Origin: Candidatus Hodarchaeota archaeon
GTDB taxonomy: Archaea > Asgardarchaeota > Lokiarchaeia > Sigyniarchaeales > SOKP01
Reading direction: 5' to 3'
DNA length: 64,000 bases
NCBI GenBank assembly: GCA_048886685.1
Contig: JBHLKM010000018.1
Coordinates: 36,324-100,323 of the forward strand
The notes under the pieces were generated by a model. It saw only the letters and a list, made by a program, of their open reading frames with translations. It did no database searches and was not told where the DNA came from. Of this stretch, positions 40,401 through 49,699 are shown in pieces. The position numbers and the translations under genes were made by a program. Each line of letters starts with the position of its first letter. The stretch's first letter is position 1.

Positions 40401-42242
40401 TTAAAACTTATATTGTCTATTTTGTATTTTATTAAAAATCTCTGGTGTTAAAGCAATAAAATTTGATTTATCTGGTAGCATAACATAGATTTTTTCAGAG
40501 ATGATATTTATATCAAAAGCTTCTTTTTTCAAATCTAATTTTCTAAATTTGAATGTTGCTGTTGCTGACAAATGCGATTTAAACCTTAAAAAGATAGGGA
40601 TCGCATAATAAGGAAGATTCTTTTTAAGATGTTCAGTTAAATTTTCAAAATCGAAATCTCCAAGATTCACATCAATTACAATGGATGCCATTCCAGCACG
40701 TCCATCAGTACCTGGTATTTTCACCCCATAAGCAGATGACATTGATATTTGTTCAAAAACATTGAGTACTTCTTCTACTTCAGTAGTGGATACATTATGT
40801 GCCTTCCAACGATAAGTATCACCTATTCGATCGATAAATTGTACGTGATTACATCCTTGATCTCTCATTAGATCCCCAGAATTGAACCAGACATCTCCTT
40901 CTTCAAAAACATTTCGGAATAATTTTTTTTCTGTAGCTTCTTTATCAGTATAACCAACAAAAATATTTTCTTCTGGAAGACCCCAAAGAAGTAATCCAGT
41001 CTCACCCAAGTTAACTTTTTCCATATATCCATTTTCATTCATTATTGGAGTTTCTTTATCATAATTATATTTGACAATTGCATAGGGATTGGCACAATAT
41101 CCAACTGTACAATCAAAATTAAGATAATTACTGAAAACTAATCCTATTTCTGATGCTCCATAAAATTCCCCAACCTTCGTGATATTGAAGCGTTTCTTAA
41201 AGTCTTTCCATATATCTGGACGTAGACCATTACCAATAATTGTTTTTACGGGATTTTTCGAGTCATTTGGGCTAGGAGGCTGATTCATTAAATATCGACA
41301 CATTTCTCCTACATAATTAAAAGCTGTCGCATTAAATTTTTGGATATCATCCCAGAACTGCGAGACGCTAAATCTTCGACTCAAAGCTACAGCCGCACCT
41401 GCACCAAAGGCTGCTGCCCATCCTAAACACAGCGCTGTAGTGTGAAATAAAGGAAGTGGGATATACATAGTATCCTCAGGAGTTAATTCACCTACAACAA
41501 GTCCAATCATGTAACAGCTACCAACCATGCGTGAATGGATAAAAATCGATGCTTTTGGTAAACCTGTGGTACCAGATGTAAATATATAGGCTAAGGGATC
41601 AGAGCTTTTGACATTAAATGTGGTTGATGGATTGTTTACTGGAAAATCCTTAACAACTTGAGAGAGATCAATAAATTCATTTGGTGTAGATATCTTACCC
41701 TCATCTGGTAAAAAGAGGAATTTAACCTCATTTTCTGTACTTAAGTTAGATTTAACTAAATCGAAAGCCTTAAAGCTTTTTTCATCAACTATAATAATTT
41801 TTCCAGGCACAACATTTAAACAACGTTCTAAGGAACTCTCTCGTAAATCTGTGTTAATTAATGAACCTATTGCCCCAATTTTCCCAATAGCCGTAAAAAT
41901 TACTAAATATTCTGGACGGTTAGTCACCAGAATCTCTACAACATCACCTTGTTTTAATCCTAAAGAAATGAAATAATTAGCATAACGGTTAACCCATTCA
42001 TTAAATTCCTTATAAGTAAGCGTACTATTCTTAAATTTGACGGCAATTCTATCAGAATAGTTTTCTGCATTTCTTTCAACAATTATTCCCCATGTAACTT
42101 TATTCTCAGCAAGTATCTGTAAAAGCTCTATTACTTCCTTCTCATATTTCTTATTAGCTTCCTCCAATCTTTTTTTAAATTCTTTCTCATCAATAAGATC
42201 TTGTTCTTTTGATTTTTCTTCTTCTAATATAAGGATCCCCAT
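40401..42242 (-). CDS. long-chain acyl-CoA synthetase (FATP/very-long-chain type)
   Basis: YIFTSGTTGLPK, YVGEMCRYL, EFYGASE, WFNSGDL, DRIGDTYRWKAHNVSTTEVE, DGRAGMA. Confidence 0.92.
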   Translation of the reverse strand: MGILILEEEKSKEQDLIDEKEFKKRLEEANKKYEKEVIELLQILAENKVTWGIIVERNAENYSDRIAVKFKNSTLTYKEFNEWVNRYANYFISLGLKQGDVVEILVTNRPEYLVIFTAIGKIGAIGSLINTDLRESSLERCLNVVPGKIIIVDEKSFKAFDLVKSNLSTENEVKFLFLPDEGKISTPNEFIDLSQVVKDFPVNNPSTTFNVKSSDPLAYIFTSGTTGLPKASIFIHSRMVGSCYMIGLVVGELTPEDTMYIPLPLFHTTALCLGWAAAFGAGAAVALSRRFSVSQFWDDIQKFNATAFNYVGEMCRYLMNQPPSPNDSKNPVKTIIGNGLRPDIWKDFKKRFNITKVGEFYGASEIGLVFSNYLNFDCTVGYCANPYAIVKYNYDKETPIMNENGYMEKVNLGETGLLLWGLPEENIFVGYTDKEATEKKLFRNVFEEGDVWFNSGDLMRDQGCNHVQFIDRIGDTYRWKAHNVSTTEVEEVLNVFEQISMSSAYGVKIPGTDGRAGMASIVIDVNLGDFDFENLTEHLKKNLPYYAIPIFLRFKSHLSATATFKFRKLDLKKEAFDINIISEKIYVMLPDKSNFIALTPEIFNKIQNRQYKF

Positions 42243-42514
42243 ATTTTTTATATTTAAAATGTAGTAATTACAATTTTTTGAAGTTAATGGTTAATATCTA
42301 AGATAAGATTTAATATATTTGTGTATTATTCATAGAAAGTTTTGATCTTAAAAGCTTAATTTTTAAGTTGGAAAAGTGTTTTCTTAACTTTAGATCTTCT
42401 CTTTAACATTTTATTTGAGATCTTCTCGAATTTTAAAAGAAAGTTATCCAAACCATTTTTTCTATTCTTTTTCTTATAGTACAAAAACCAGAGCATATCT
42501 TTAAAAAGAGGATA

Positions 42515-43666
42515 TTAAATATTAGTACCCAGTTCTAAAGTTTGGTCTCTTAACTGGGAGTTATTACTAATTTTGCAGTTCGGAGCGACAATTGATCTCT
42601 CTAAAACGACATTGTCACCAATTTCACAATTATTACATATTATGCTTTCAGTAATAATACAACCCGCTCCAATCTTGATATCATCCCATAAGACACTTTT
42701 TTCAATCGCAGTATCTTCTCCGATAATAACGTTTTGTCCTATAGAGGTGAGTTCCTTAATTTTCACCCGATTTTCTAATTGTACAAACTCTCCAAAGCAA
42801 GCTGGTTTATCAATTATAATATTTTGTCCGGAATTGATTATGCCCATTACATAAATCCCGTCATATTCTGCACCATTGGGTAAAATAGGCCAAGCATACT
42901 TCCGAAGTAAATCCCAATTTGACCATAAATATGTAGTAGAATTTCCAGCATCCATCCAGTAATAATTTCTGACAAATCCGTATAAATTATACTGGTTTTC
43001 AAGGAGATAAGGGAAAACTTCACTCCCAAAATCCATTAACCTTGTTTCATAAAGAATATTCCCAATATCTTTATCAAAACAATAAATTCCCGTATTAATA
43101 ATATTAGTGTGAAGAAAAAGATCAGCTCTTTGGGCCATACTAGACACATATAGTTCCATAGGAGCTGGCTTCTCTAAAAAGAGATAAATCTTGCGATTTT
43201 TATCCAAAAGAACCACACCATATTGAGAAATGTGGCTTTCAACTGTTTTCATTGAAATTGTGGTTAACCCTCCCTTTTCGGTATGAAATGCCATAAAATC
43301 TTTCATTGGAAGATTTGTGACAATATCTGCCATACTAACGACGACATTTTCAGAATCAATGCGATCTGTTAATAACCTATACGCATCAGCTGTACCTTTG
43401 CTCTCTTGTATTTCACATTCTAACTCTACATCCCCCAATCTGTCAGGAGTCCAAGTTTTTTCAATATATTCTTTTAAGATTTCTCCTTGATATGCTAAAG
43501 CTAACACAATATGTTTTATATCAGCATATACTAAATGTGCGATAGCATAATCAACCATAGGAACATTTGTAACTTTTACTAACGGTTTTGGAATTAAAGA
43601 GGTCAAGGGCATTAATCTTTTACCCTTACCACCAGCTAGGATTATCGCAGACCATTCACGAGTCAT
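42515..43666 (-). CDS. NDP-sugar pyrophosphorylase (mannose-1-P guanylyltransferase/GlgC-like) with C-terminal LbH repeats
   Basis: AIILAGGKGKRLMPLT..IPKPL, FLEKP, NTGIY, DFGSEVFP, YWMDAG, hexapeptide repeats. Confidence 0.9.
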   Translation of the reverse strand: MTREWSAIILAGGKGKRLMPLTSLIPKPLVKVTNVPMVDYAIAHLVYADIKHIVLALAYQGEILKEYIEKTWTPDRLGDVELECEIQESKGTADAYRLLTDRIDSENVVVSMADIVTNLPMKDFMAFHTEKGGLTTISMKTVESHISQYGVVLLDKNRKIYLFLEKPAPMELYVSSMAQRADLFLHTNIINTGIYCFDKDIGNILYETRLMDFGSEVFPYLLENQYNLYGFVRNYYWMDAGNSTTYLWSNWDLLRKYAWPILPNGAEYDGIYVMGIINSGQNIIIDKPACFGEFVQLENRVKIKELTSIGQNVIIGEDTAIEKSVLWDDIKIGAGCIITESIICNNCEIGDNVVLERSIVAPNCKISNNSQLRDQTLELGTNI

Positions 43667-43814
43667 TTTAAACTAAATTTTAACTTGAGGAAGAAAAAAC
43701 ATGAATTCATCAAGAAAACATTCATTATATATAACATATCCAATAGATATAAATCTAATTTTATTTGATATAAAAAACTTATTAATTTAGACTATAAAGA
43801 GTGAAATTAGTTAA

Positions 43815-45113
43815 TCATCCAATATACTTTTCTAGTGACTCTCTTATTTCTTTTGCTGCGATATGAGGCAATTTTCGCGCAACACGCATATCTTCTAATA
43901 ACTCCAATCCTCCAATTGTCTCATGAGGAATTATATCTGCAAACATATGAAATTTAGCATCATAACCAAATGGACAACAATTAAATAAAATATTTCGGTT
44001 TTTATCAATTTTTATATCATCTAATGCTTGAAAAATTATTTTCAAAGAATACGCTAAATCTTCGATTTGATTGATTTTCAATTGAGAAAATCGTCTTAAA
44101 TGTTCATTTGGATGGAATCGAATATGATAATTTCTTACTGGACTCCCAGTGTTATAAAAAGTCCAGAATTCAGTTTTCAATATGATTCTATCTGTATCTC
44201 CATGCGTTGTTTGGCAAAGATGGCAGTTATCCCCCATTTCTTTAAAAGCCTCGAGATATCCCTCCAATCTGCTCCCATGTCCGTCCATGTTTAAGTCAAT
44301 ATAGGTCTGACTATGAAACCGAGGTTGAGAACCACCAACTTTAGTTCCAATATTAAAAAATGGCATTACAGGGATATCATAATAATCCTCTTCAATAGCT
44401 ACTTCAATACAATAAAGAATTGCAGCTTTCATGGAAAGGAAAATTCCAGCCAAAACCTCCTCAGGGATTAAGTTAAAACATAAGGAGGGGTAAAAGTGTC
44501 TTGAAATTGTTACTAAATTTATTCCTCTCGAAAGCTTCAAGTGAGGAGGTAGTTGTTTTTTTACATACTTTTCGATATCAGTATCTATTATTCGAGCCAT
44601 TGAAGGGTATCTATTAATTAAAGTAATTGCTTTATTAGCGTCTGGTATCCTGTCAATCCGATGTGGTTTCTCTGAAAAAGGATTATCCCTCCTAATTTCA
44701 TCTTGAGTAATTATCATGGTATACCCATCACCAAGAGGTACACCCCAATCATCATACACTTGTTTTCCCTCTGTAACAGAAGAAAACACATCCTTATGCT
44801 TTTTTAATATTTTCTTTGAACAATCATAGAATTCTTTCTCTTCTTCTATTGTCTTGAATCCTTTAGGTCTTTTGCCTCGAATGGGAGATATATAAGAGTA
44901 ATGGCCATAATACCTTGTTCGCTCACTCCGAAGACCAAAATCCTCTGAAGTAATCTTTACTGTAGATAGAGGATCCCATCGTTTAATCGGTATTTCATAG
45001 ATATCCTTAAAATTCTCTTTGTTGATAATGCCCCACTCCATAAACCTTGGTTTGTATCCTTTATTTTCAGATTCCGCTTTTTTACTAGATATGAAAATTA
45101 CCTCTTTTTTCAA
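43815..45113 (-). CDS. galactose-1-phosphate uridylyltransferase (GalT)/HIT-like protein, divergent
   Basis: RWDPLS, INRYPS, FFNIGTKVGGSQPRFHSQ, CHLC, FHMFADIIP..IGGLELL. Confidence 0.75.
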   Translation of the reverse strand: MKKEVIFISSKKAESENKGYKPRFMEWGIINKENFKDIYEIPIKRWDPLSTVKITSEDFGLRSERTRYYGHYSYISPIRGKRPKGFKTIEEEKEFYDCSKKILKKHKDVFSSVTEGKQVYDDWGVPLGDGYTMIITQDEIRRDNPFSEKPHRIDRIPDANKAITLINRYPSMARIIDTDIEKYVKKQLPPHLKLSRGINLVTISRHFYPSLCFNLIPEEVLAGIFLSMKAAILYCIEVAIEEDYYDIPVMPFFNIGTKVGGSQPRFHSQTYIDLNMDGHGSRLEGYLEAFKEMGDNCHLCQTTHGDTDRIILKTEFWTFYNTGSPVRNYHIRFHPNEHLRRFSQLKINQIEDLAYSLKIIFQALDDIKIDKNRNILFNCCPFGYDAKFHMFADIIPHETIGGLELLEDMRVARKLPHIAAKEIRESLEKYIG

Positions 45114-45263
45114 TTCTAATTGAATTTATTCTTAGAGATTAATAATATTATCTTATTTATTTCTTATTTAAATAACTATTGATATATTATAATCATAAAA
45201 TAAAACTAAAAAAAGAAAATGAGGAAAGATTGGCACCTTCTGACCTAACAATCCATCAGAATA

Positions 45264-45554
45264 TTAATATTCCAGCCTTTTAATTATCTTATAAGTTTTA
45301 AATTCTCGAACAGGCTCGTTATTTTCATCCATCTTTTCAATAGGTACACGTACATAGTTTTTATCGTCGAGTTCCTCAACCTTGACTTCTTTATATCTAA
45401 TCATTTCATTCGCTCTTTTTAACTCTTTTATTAGGAAGTCTCTTACTGCACATCGTATAAGTTCAGATCGCGAAGGATATAATCCATCCTCCCCTATCAA
45501 CTTCTCAATACTTTCAAGATAAGTTTCAGGTATATTAACAGTAACAATTTTCAT
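45264..45554 (-). CDS. ribbon-helix-helix (CopG/Arc/MetJ) transcriptional regulator
   Basis: MKIVTVNIPETYLESIEKL..GLYPSRSELIRCAVRDFL. Confidence 0.9.
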   Translation of the reverse strand: MKIVTVNIPETYLESIEKLIGEDGLYPSRSELIRCAVRDFLIKELKRANEMIRYKEVKVEELDDKNYVRVPIEKMDENNEPVREFKTYKIIKRLEY

Positions 45555-46133
45555 TTAATTTCTCCTCATTCAAAATCAAAATTCGGTATATTGTCTAAAG
45601 CCTTTTTTAAAACAATCGCCTTAAACCACATTTTTTTTTATATGATCTTAGATGATAAGATAATATATAAACATTTTTTTTTATCGGATTAATATATTTA
45701 AAGCAATACTATTTTGTCATGTTTTTCCAATTCCAAAACGTTTATTAATACATTAATTTTTAAAACAATGCTGTAATCCTTGAATTTAATGGTATTTTTA
45801 GGGTTTTAATATATATATATATTGGTTAAAAAAATTTTAACTATTTACAAATTAAATCTGATACAATTTAAAAAGATCTTAAATTATGATAAAAATTTTT
45901 TATTTATTTAAATAATCTTAAACATATCTTCAATTCAAATAGTCGATCGTTTAAGAAAAAGATATTAAATAGATATACAGCTTAACCATTTACTTTTAAT
46001 TAATTAAGTTATTAGAAGAGCAAAATAATTATTTCTTAATTTTCGATAAATAGGGGATTCAAATAAATTTTTATATGCATTCTGTTGCTATATTTATAAA
46101 TATCTATTATACAAAATTATAAAGGAAAAAGGA

Positions 46134-47552
46134 ATGTCAGAACAAAAACTTTTTCAAGTCTTCCAAAATAAGCTGGGATTTGATCCTGAAGATTACTTAG
46201 TATCCAGTGAAGAACATGAACTTACAGATTTTCAGAAAAAAGCTATAGAAAATGCAACTGCGATAATGAAAGATAATATAATTGGTGAAGTTAAATCATT
46301 CGGAGGTAGTGTAAAGGCTAATGAGGAAAAATTTAAGGAACTTGAAAAAAGAGCAAACGAAGAATTGGAAGATGAGCAATACGAGAAATTAAAGAAAGAA
46401 TTGAAGAATTATGTTAAAAAGTTGCGGGAACTAATTGAAAAGACTTGTGCTGCAATAATACCTGTAAAAGAAATGCCTTGGGTAGACGTCTTGTTTCGAA
46501 CAGTCCCTCGTATAGTTTTCGATAAGAAGGTAGAGTTTTTAGATAATGCGATTGCATATTACGGAGAAATTAAATGTATTATCTCACGTTCTACTATTTT
46601 TGGTAAAATGAAAAATGAAAAACCTTTGTTTGCACCAATAATGGGATCCATTGATTTAGGTGGATACAAACTCGATGAGACTAAAAAAGGGCCTAAATCT
46701 CAGATATATTCTTATGTAAGTGCTATAATTGATTCTTTTGATTCTACAATGACTAGAAATCATCTTGCGAAATATCACGAAGCTTATCAAAGACATGGCG
46801 ATCCAATTTGCGATTTTTTAATGAAAGATAATGAGTTAATGAATTCAATGGAAAGAGTCACTTCAGGTTTCGAATCAAATCGACTTTCTTCGGATATAGC
46901 AGTTTTTAGTATAGCTGTTCCTCAAAATGCCGATAAAACTACTTTATTAGTAGTGGTTGACGAAGGGAAAGATGCGAACAAATTTTCGAGATGTTTTGAA
47001 GCTCTTTTAAAATTTTCTGCGGAAGGTTGTAACCTCCCTTCTAGTGCCCCACCTATTCAACAACCACAAGCAGCAGGTCAACCTCAACAACCTGGCGGTG
47101 TGAGAACTCCAGGAGGTCAAGAACTTAAAGTTTGGACAGCAGAAGAATTAGCATCTGAGGCTCAAAAGCGGATGGAATCTCAGCCGGATATTCCTGAATG
47201 GACAGAAGAGGATTTAAGTAAATTTGCTTCAGAACGTGGATCTGGTTTACCAGAAGGAATGGAAGTATGGACTGAAGAAGATTTACTGGAATTAGCCCGT
47301 AAAAGGCAGGGAGGTTTAGATATACCTGAATGGGAGCCTGATAAAGATTTAAAGGAGTGTACAAAGTGCGGGTATGCATTGAGACCTGGATGGAGTAAAT
47401 GTCCCCACTGCGGAACACCTGTAGGCGCTGAAATTGAACCTGGACCAAGTGAAGAACTAAGTCCGGACCAAAGTGAAGAATCGAAGGAAGAATCCGATGA
47501 GCTCAAAGAAGAAATATCAACGGAAGAGCCTGAAGAAAAAAAGGAAGAGTAA
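46134..47552 (+). CDS. hypothetical protein with internal WTxE(E/D)L repeats, zinc ribbon and acidic tail
   Basis: P/Q linker; VWTAEEL/EWTEEDL/VWTEEDL; CTKC-x10-CPHC; E-rich C-terminus. Confidence 0.8.
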   Translation: MSEQKLFQVFQNKLGFDPEDYLVSSEEHELTDFQKKAIENATAIMKDNIIGEVKSFGGSVKANEEKFKELEKRANEELEDEQYEKLKKELKNYVKKLRELIEKTCAAIIPVKEMPWVDVLFRTVPRIVFDKKVEFLDNAIAYYGEIKCIISRSTIFGKMKNEKPLFAPIMGSIDLGGYKLDETKKGPKSQIYSYVSAIIDSFDSTMTRNHLAKYHEAYQRHGDPICDFLMKDNELMNSMERVTSGFESNRLSSDIAVFSIAVPQNADKTTLLVVVDEGKDANKFSRCFEALLKFSAEGCNLPSSAPPIQQPQAAGQPQQPGGVRTPGGQELKVWTAEELASEAQKRMESQPDIPEWTEEDLSKFASERGSGLPEGMEVWTEEDLLELARKRQGGLDIPEWEPDKDLKECTKCGYALRPGWSKCPHCGTPVGAEIEPGPSEELSPDQSEESKEESDELKEEISTEEPEEKKEE

Positions 47553-47733
47553 TTTGTTAATCTAATTTTTCAATTTCTTATGATTTTGTTCATTTATAAA
47601 TAACAAGAGAGTAATTGTCTTTTATAAGTTAAACCGAAAACTTTAAAAGTGTATAAAATATGCAAGATTCCAAAATTTTTTTAAAGAGCTTTTATTTTCA
47701 ACCTTATAGGAATTAAGAATTTCGGAAATTTAA

Positions 47734-48765
47734 TTGTTACACAATATTTTTTTATTTAAGGGTAAGAAAGATTTGGAGGATCTTAATATTTATTGTTACC
47801 CTAAAGAAATTATTAATATAAACAATAAACTCCTTGTTAATAATATTATAAAAGGACATGATAAAGAACTAATAAATGAAAACGAAGAATCACCCTCAAA
47901 CCGTAAAAACTCAAACTATTATAAAATTGAGAAACCTGTTGCTCAATTTATTGATGATTATAATATCTACAGTTCGTGCATTGATGAAGATATAATTGTT
48001 GGTCTAATCTTTGAAGATGACGATAATCCTTACGATTATAAAGAGATTTTTGAAGAATTATTATGTGAATTGCTGAACAACGGCAATGGTTATTCTTTCG
48101 AGGATGAGATGGAAATAGATAATCTGTTAATCTCTATGTTCATTGATCTTCGAAGATATGGAGATGAAGTTGTAGAAAAATCTCCAGAAATAGAATTTTT
48201 CTACCAGAGAGAGGCATTTTTTAAGGTGTTCCTCTTCGGAATTGACGAGTCAGGAAAATCTAGTCTTGTAAGGCGATTAAAAACTGGAGAATTCAATGAT
48301 AATTATTTTACCCCAACTCGTAAATTCGAAATTGAATACATTCAAGCAAAGGAAAAAGGATTACTAGCTGTTTGGGATATGCCTGGACAAAAAATTTTTA
48401 GATCAAAGTGGCTTAAAGGATTACAAGATTCTAATATTATTGTATATATGATAGATATCGCAAATCAGAGAAGATTTGAAGAATCAAAACAGGAATTTTG
48501 GAAAATTTTAAACAATAATGAATTGAATAGTGTTCCCCTCTTAATTTTGGGAAATAAAAGTGATTTAATAGAACAAATAGATGAAAAACTTGAAGCTCAA
48601 CTCCAGAATTTAAGGGAAGAAGTTTATACATATTTTAATTTTGAAAAAATTAAGAATCGGAATTGGAAATTCTTATTTACTTCAGTAAAAACCAATTATA
48701 ACATTGAGAAATCAGTTCAAACGATTTTCAATTTGATGTCAAATTATAAACATATTCAAAAATAG
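47734..48765 (+). CDS. Arf/Rab-like small GTPase with N-terminal longin-like domain
   Basis: GIDESGKS, FTPT, WDMPGQ, GNKSD, TSVK; N-terminal IVGLIFEDDDNPYDYKE. Confidence 0.85.
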   Translation: MLHNIFLFKGKKDLEDLNIYCYPKEIININNKLLVNNIIKGHDKELINENEESPSNRKNSNYYKIEKPVAQFIDDYNIYSSCIDEDIIVGLIFEDDDNPYDYKEIFEELLCELLNNGNGYSFEDEMEIDNLLISMFIDLRRYGDEVVEKSPEIEFFYQREAFFKVFLFGIDESGKSSLVRRLKTGEFNDNYFTPTRKFEIEYIQAKEKGLLAVWDMPGQKIFRSKWLKGLQDSNIIVYMIDIANQRRFEESKQEFWKILNNNELNSVPLLILGNKSDLIEQIDEKLEAQLQNLREEVYTYFNFEKIKNRNWKFLFTSVKTNYNIEKSVQTIFNLMSNYKHIQK

Positions 48766-48907
48766 AGCTCTTTACGCCAGTTAGTTTTCAATCCAATGGA
48801 TTTAATCATTAAATTTAAATATCTAGCTATTTAAATTTCTATTATAATAAATAACATCTTTATACAGAATTATTAAACCTCCGTGAATATCAATTTAAGG
48901 GATTGTA

Positions 48908-49501
48908 ATGTCGAAAAGGTTAAAAAAAGAATTACAAATTATGGTTGATGAGAAAGAGGGGCACTTGTTTTTTGGAGAGAAAAAGAAAGATTTGAAATTA
49001 TTGATGTTACGACCTCTTGATTTAATCGAATTCTCTGAATTTGCTGGTACAAATGCTGATGATATACTTATCTGGGTTGGTAAGTCATTAGGAAGAGATT
49101 TTATGGAAAAATTTTTTTATCATAAAGACTGGGGAACTGAGACTATGGCAACCAGAAAAGAGGTTCTTCTTGGATCTTTTGAAGCTTTAGAACTTATGGG
49201 ATATGGGCAAATAGTAGGTAAATTTAGAAAAGACCATATTTTAATCGAAGTAGAAGAATCACTTGCTTGTGAGGAATCTGATAATATAATGGCTAAAAAT
49301 CTATGCCTATTATATCAAGGAATATTCAGTGGATTATTCGACATTTTACAAATGGATGTGGATGGAGAAGAAATCGGATGTTCTTTATTAGAACAAGAAA
49401 AATGCACCTATAGATTTGATGTTATTGGTGGAGAATTTGACGATAGTTTAGTTGACGAAGAATCTGAAGCAAACGTTTCTGACTTTTTATCAACTCTTTA
49501 G
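48908..49501 (+). CDS. V4R / TRAPP Bet3-like domain protein
   Basis: ILIWVGKSLGRDF, LELMGYG, CLLYQGIFSGLF, EIGC....EKCTYRF. Confidence 0.8.
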   Translation: MSKRLKKELQIMVDEKEGHLFFGEKKKDLKLLMLRPLDLIEFSEFAGTNADDILIWVGKSLGRDFMEKFFYHKDWGTETMATRKEVLLGSFEALELMGYGQIVGKFRKDHILIEVEESLACEESDNIMAKNLCLLYQGIFSGLFDILQMDVDGEEIGCSLLEQEKCTYRFDVIGGEFDDSLVDEESEANVSDFLSTL

Positions 49502-49699
49502 GTCTTGTTGTATTTTTTAATCTTTTTCTTTGGTAACCAAGGTATTATCATTGAAACTCGGTTTTTATAGTCTGAGTAATCTGGTTTTCTAATAAATTGT
49601 AAATAATCTCTTTTTTTATAATGCAATATATTTTTAAAGATATTTGATAGTATATAATATTGAATCAATTTGGAAAATAAATAAGAGGGTTAGATTTTC

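Noticed and set aside
42243-42514. Repeated AGATCTTCTC and a possible ~46-codon minus-strand ORF
   Set aside because: Only two short copies in AT-rich DNA and no recognisable protein features
45555-46133. Long AT-rich intergenic region as replication origin or ncRNA
   Set aside because: No ORB-like repeats, no cdc6/orc1 and no GC-rich stem; adequately explained as a divergent promoter region
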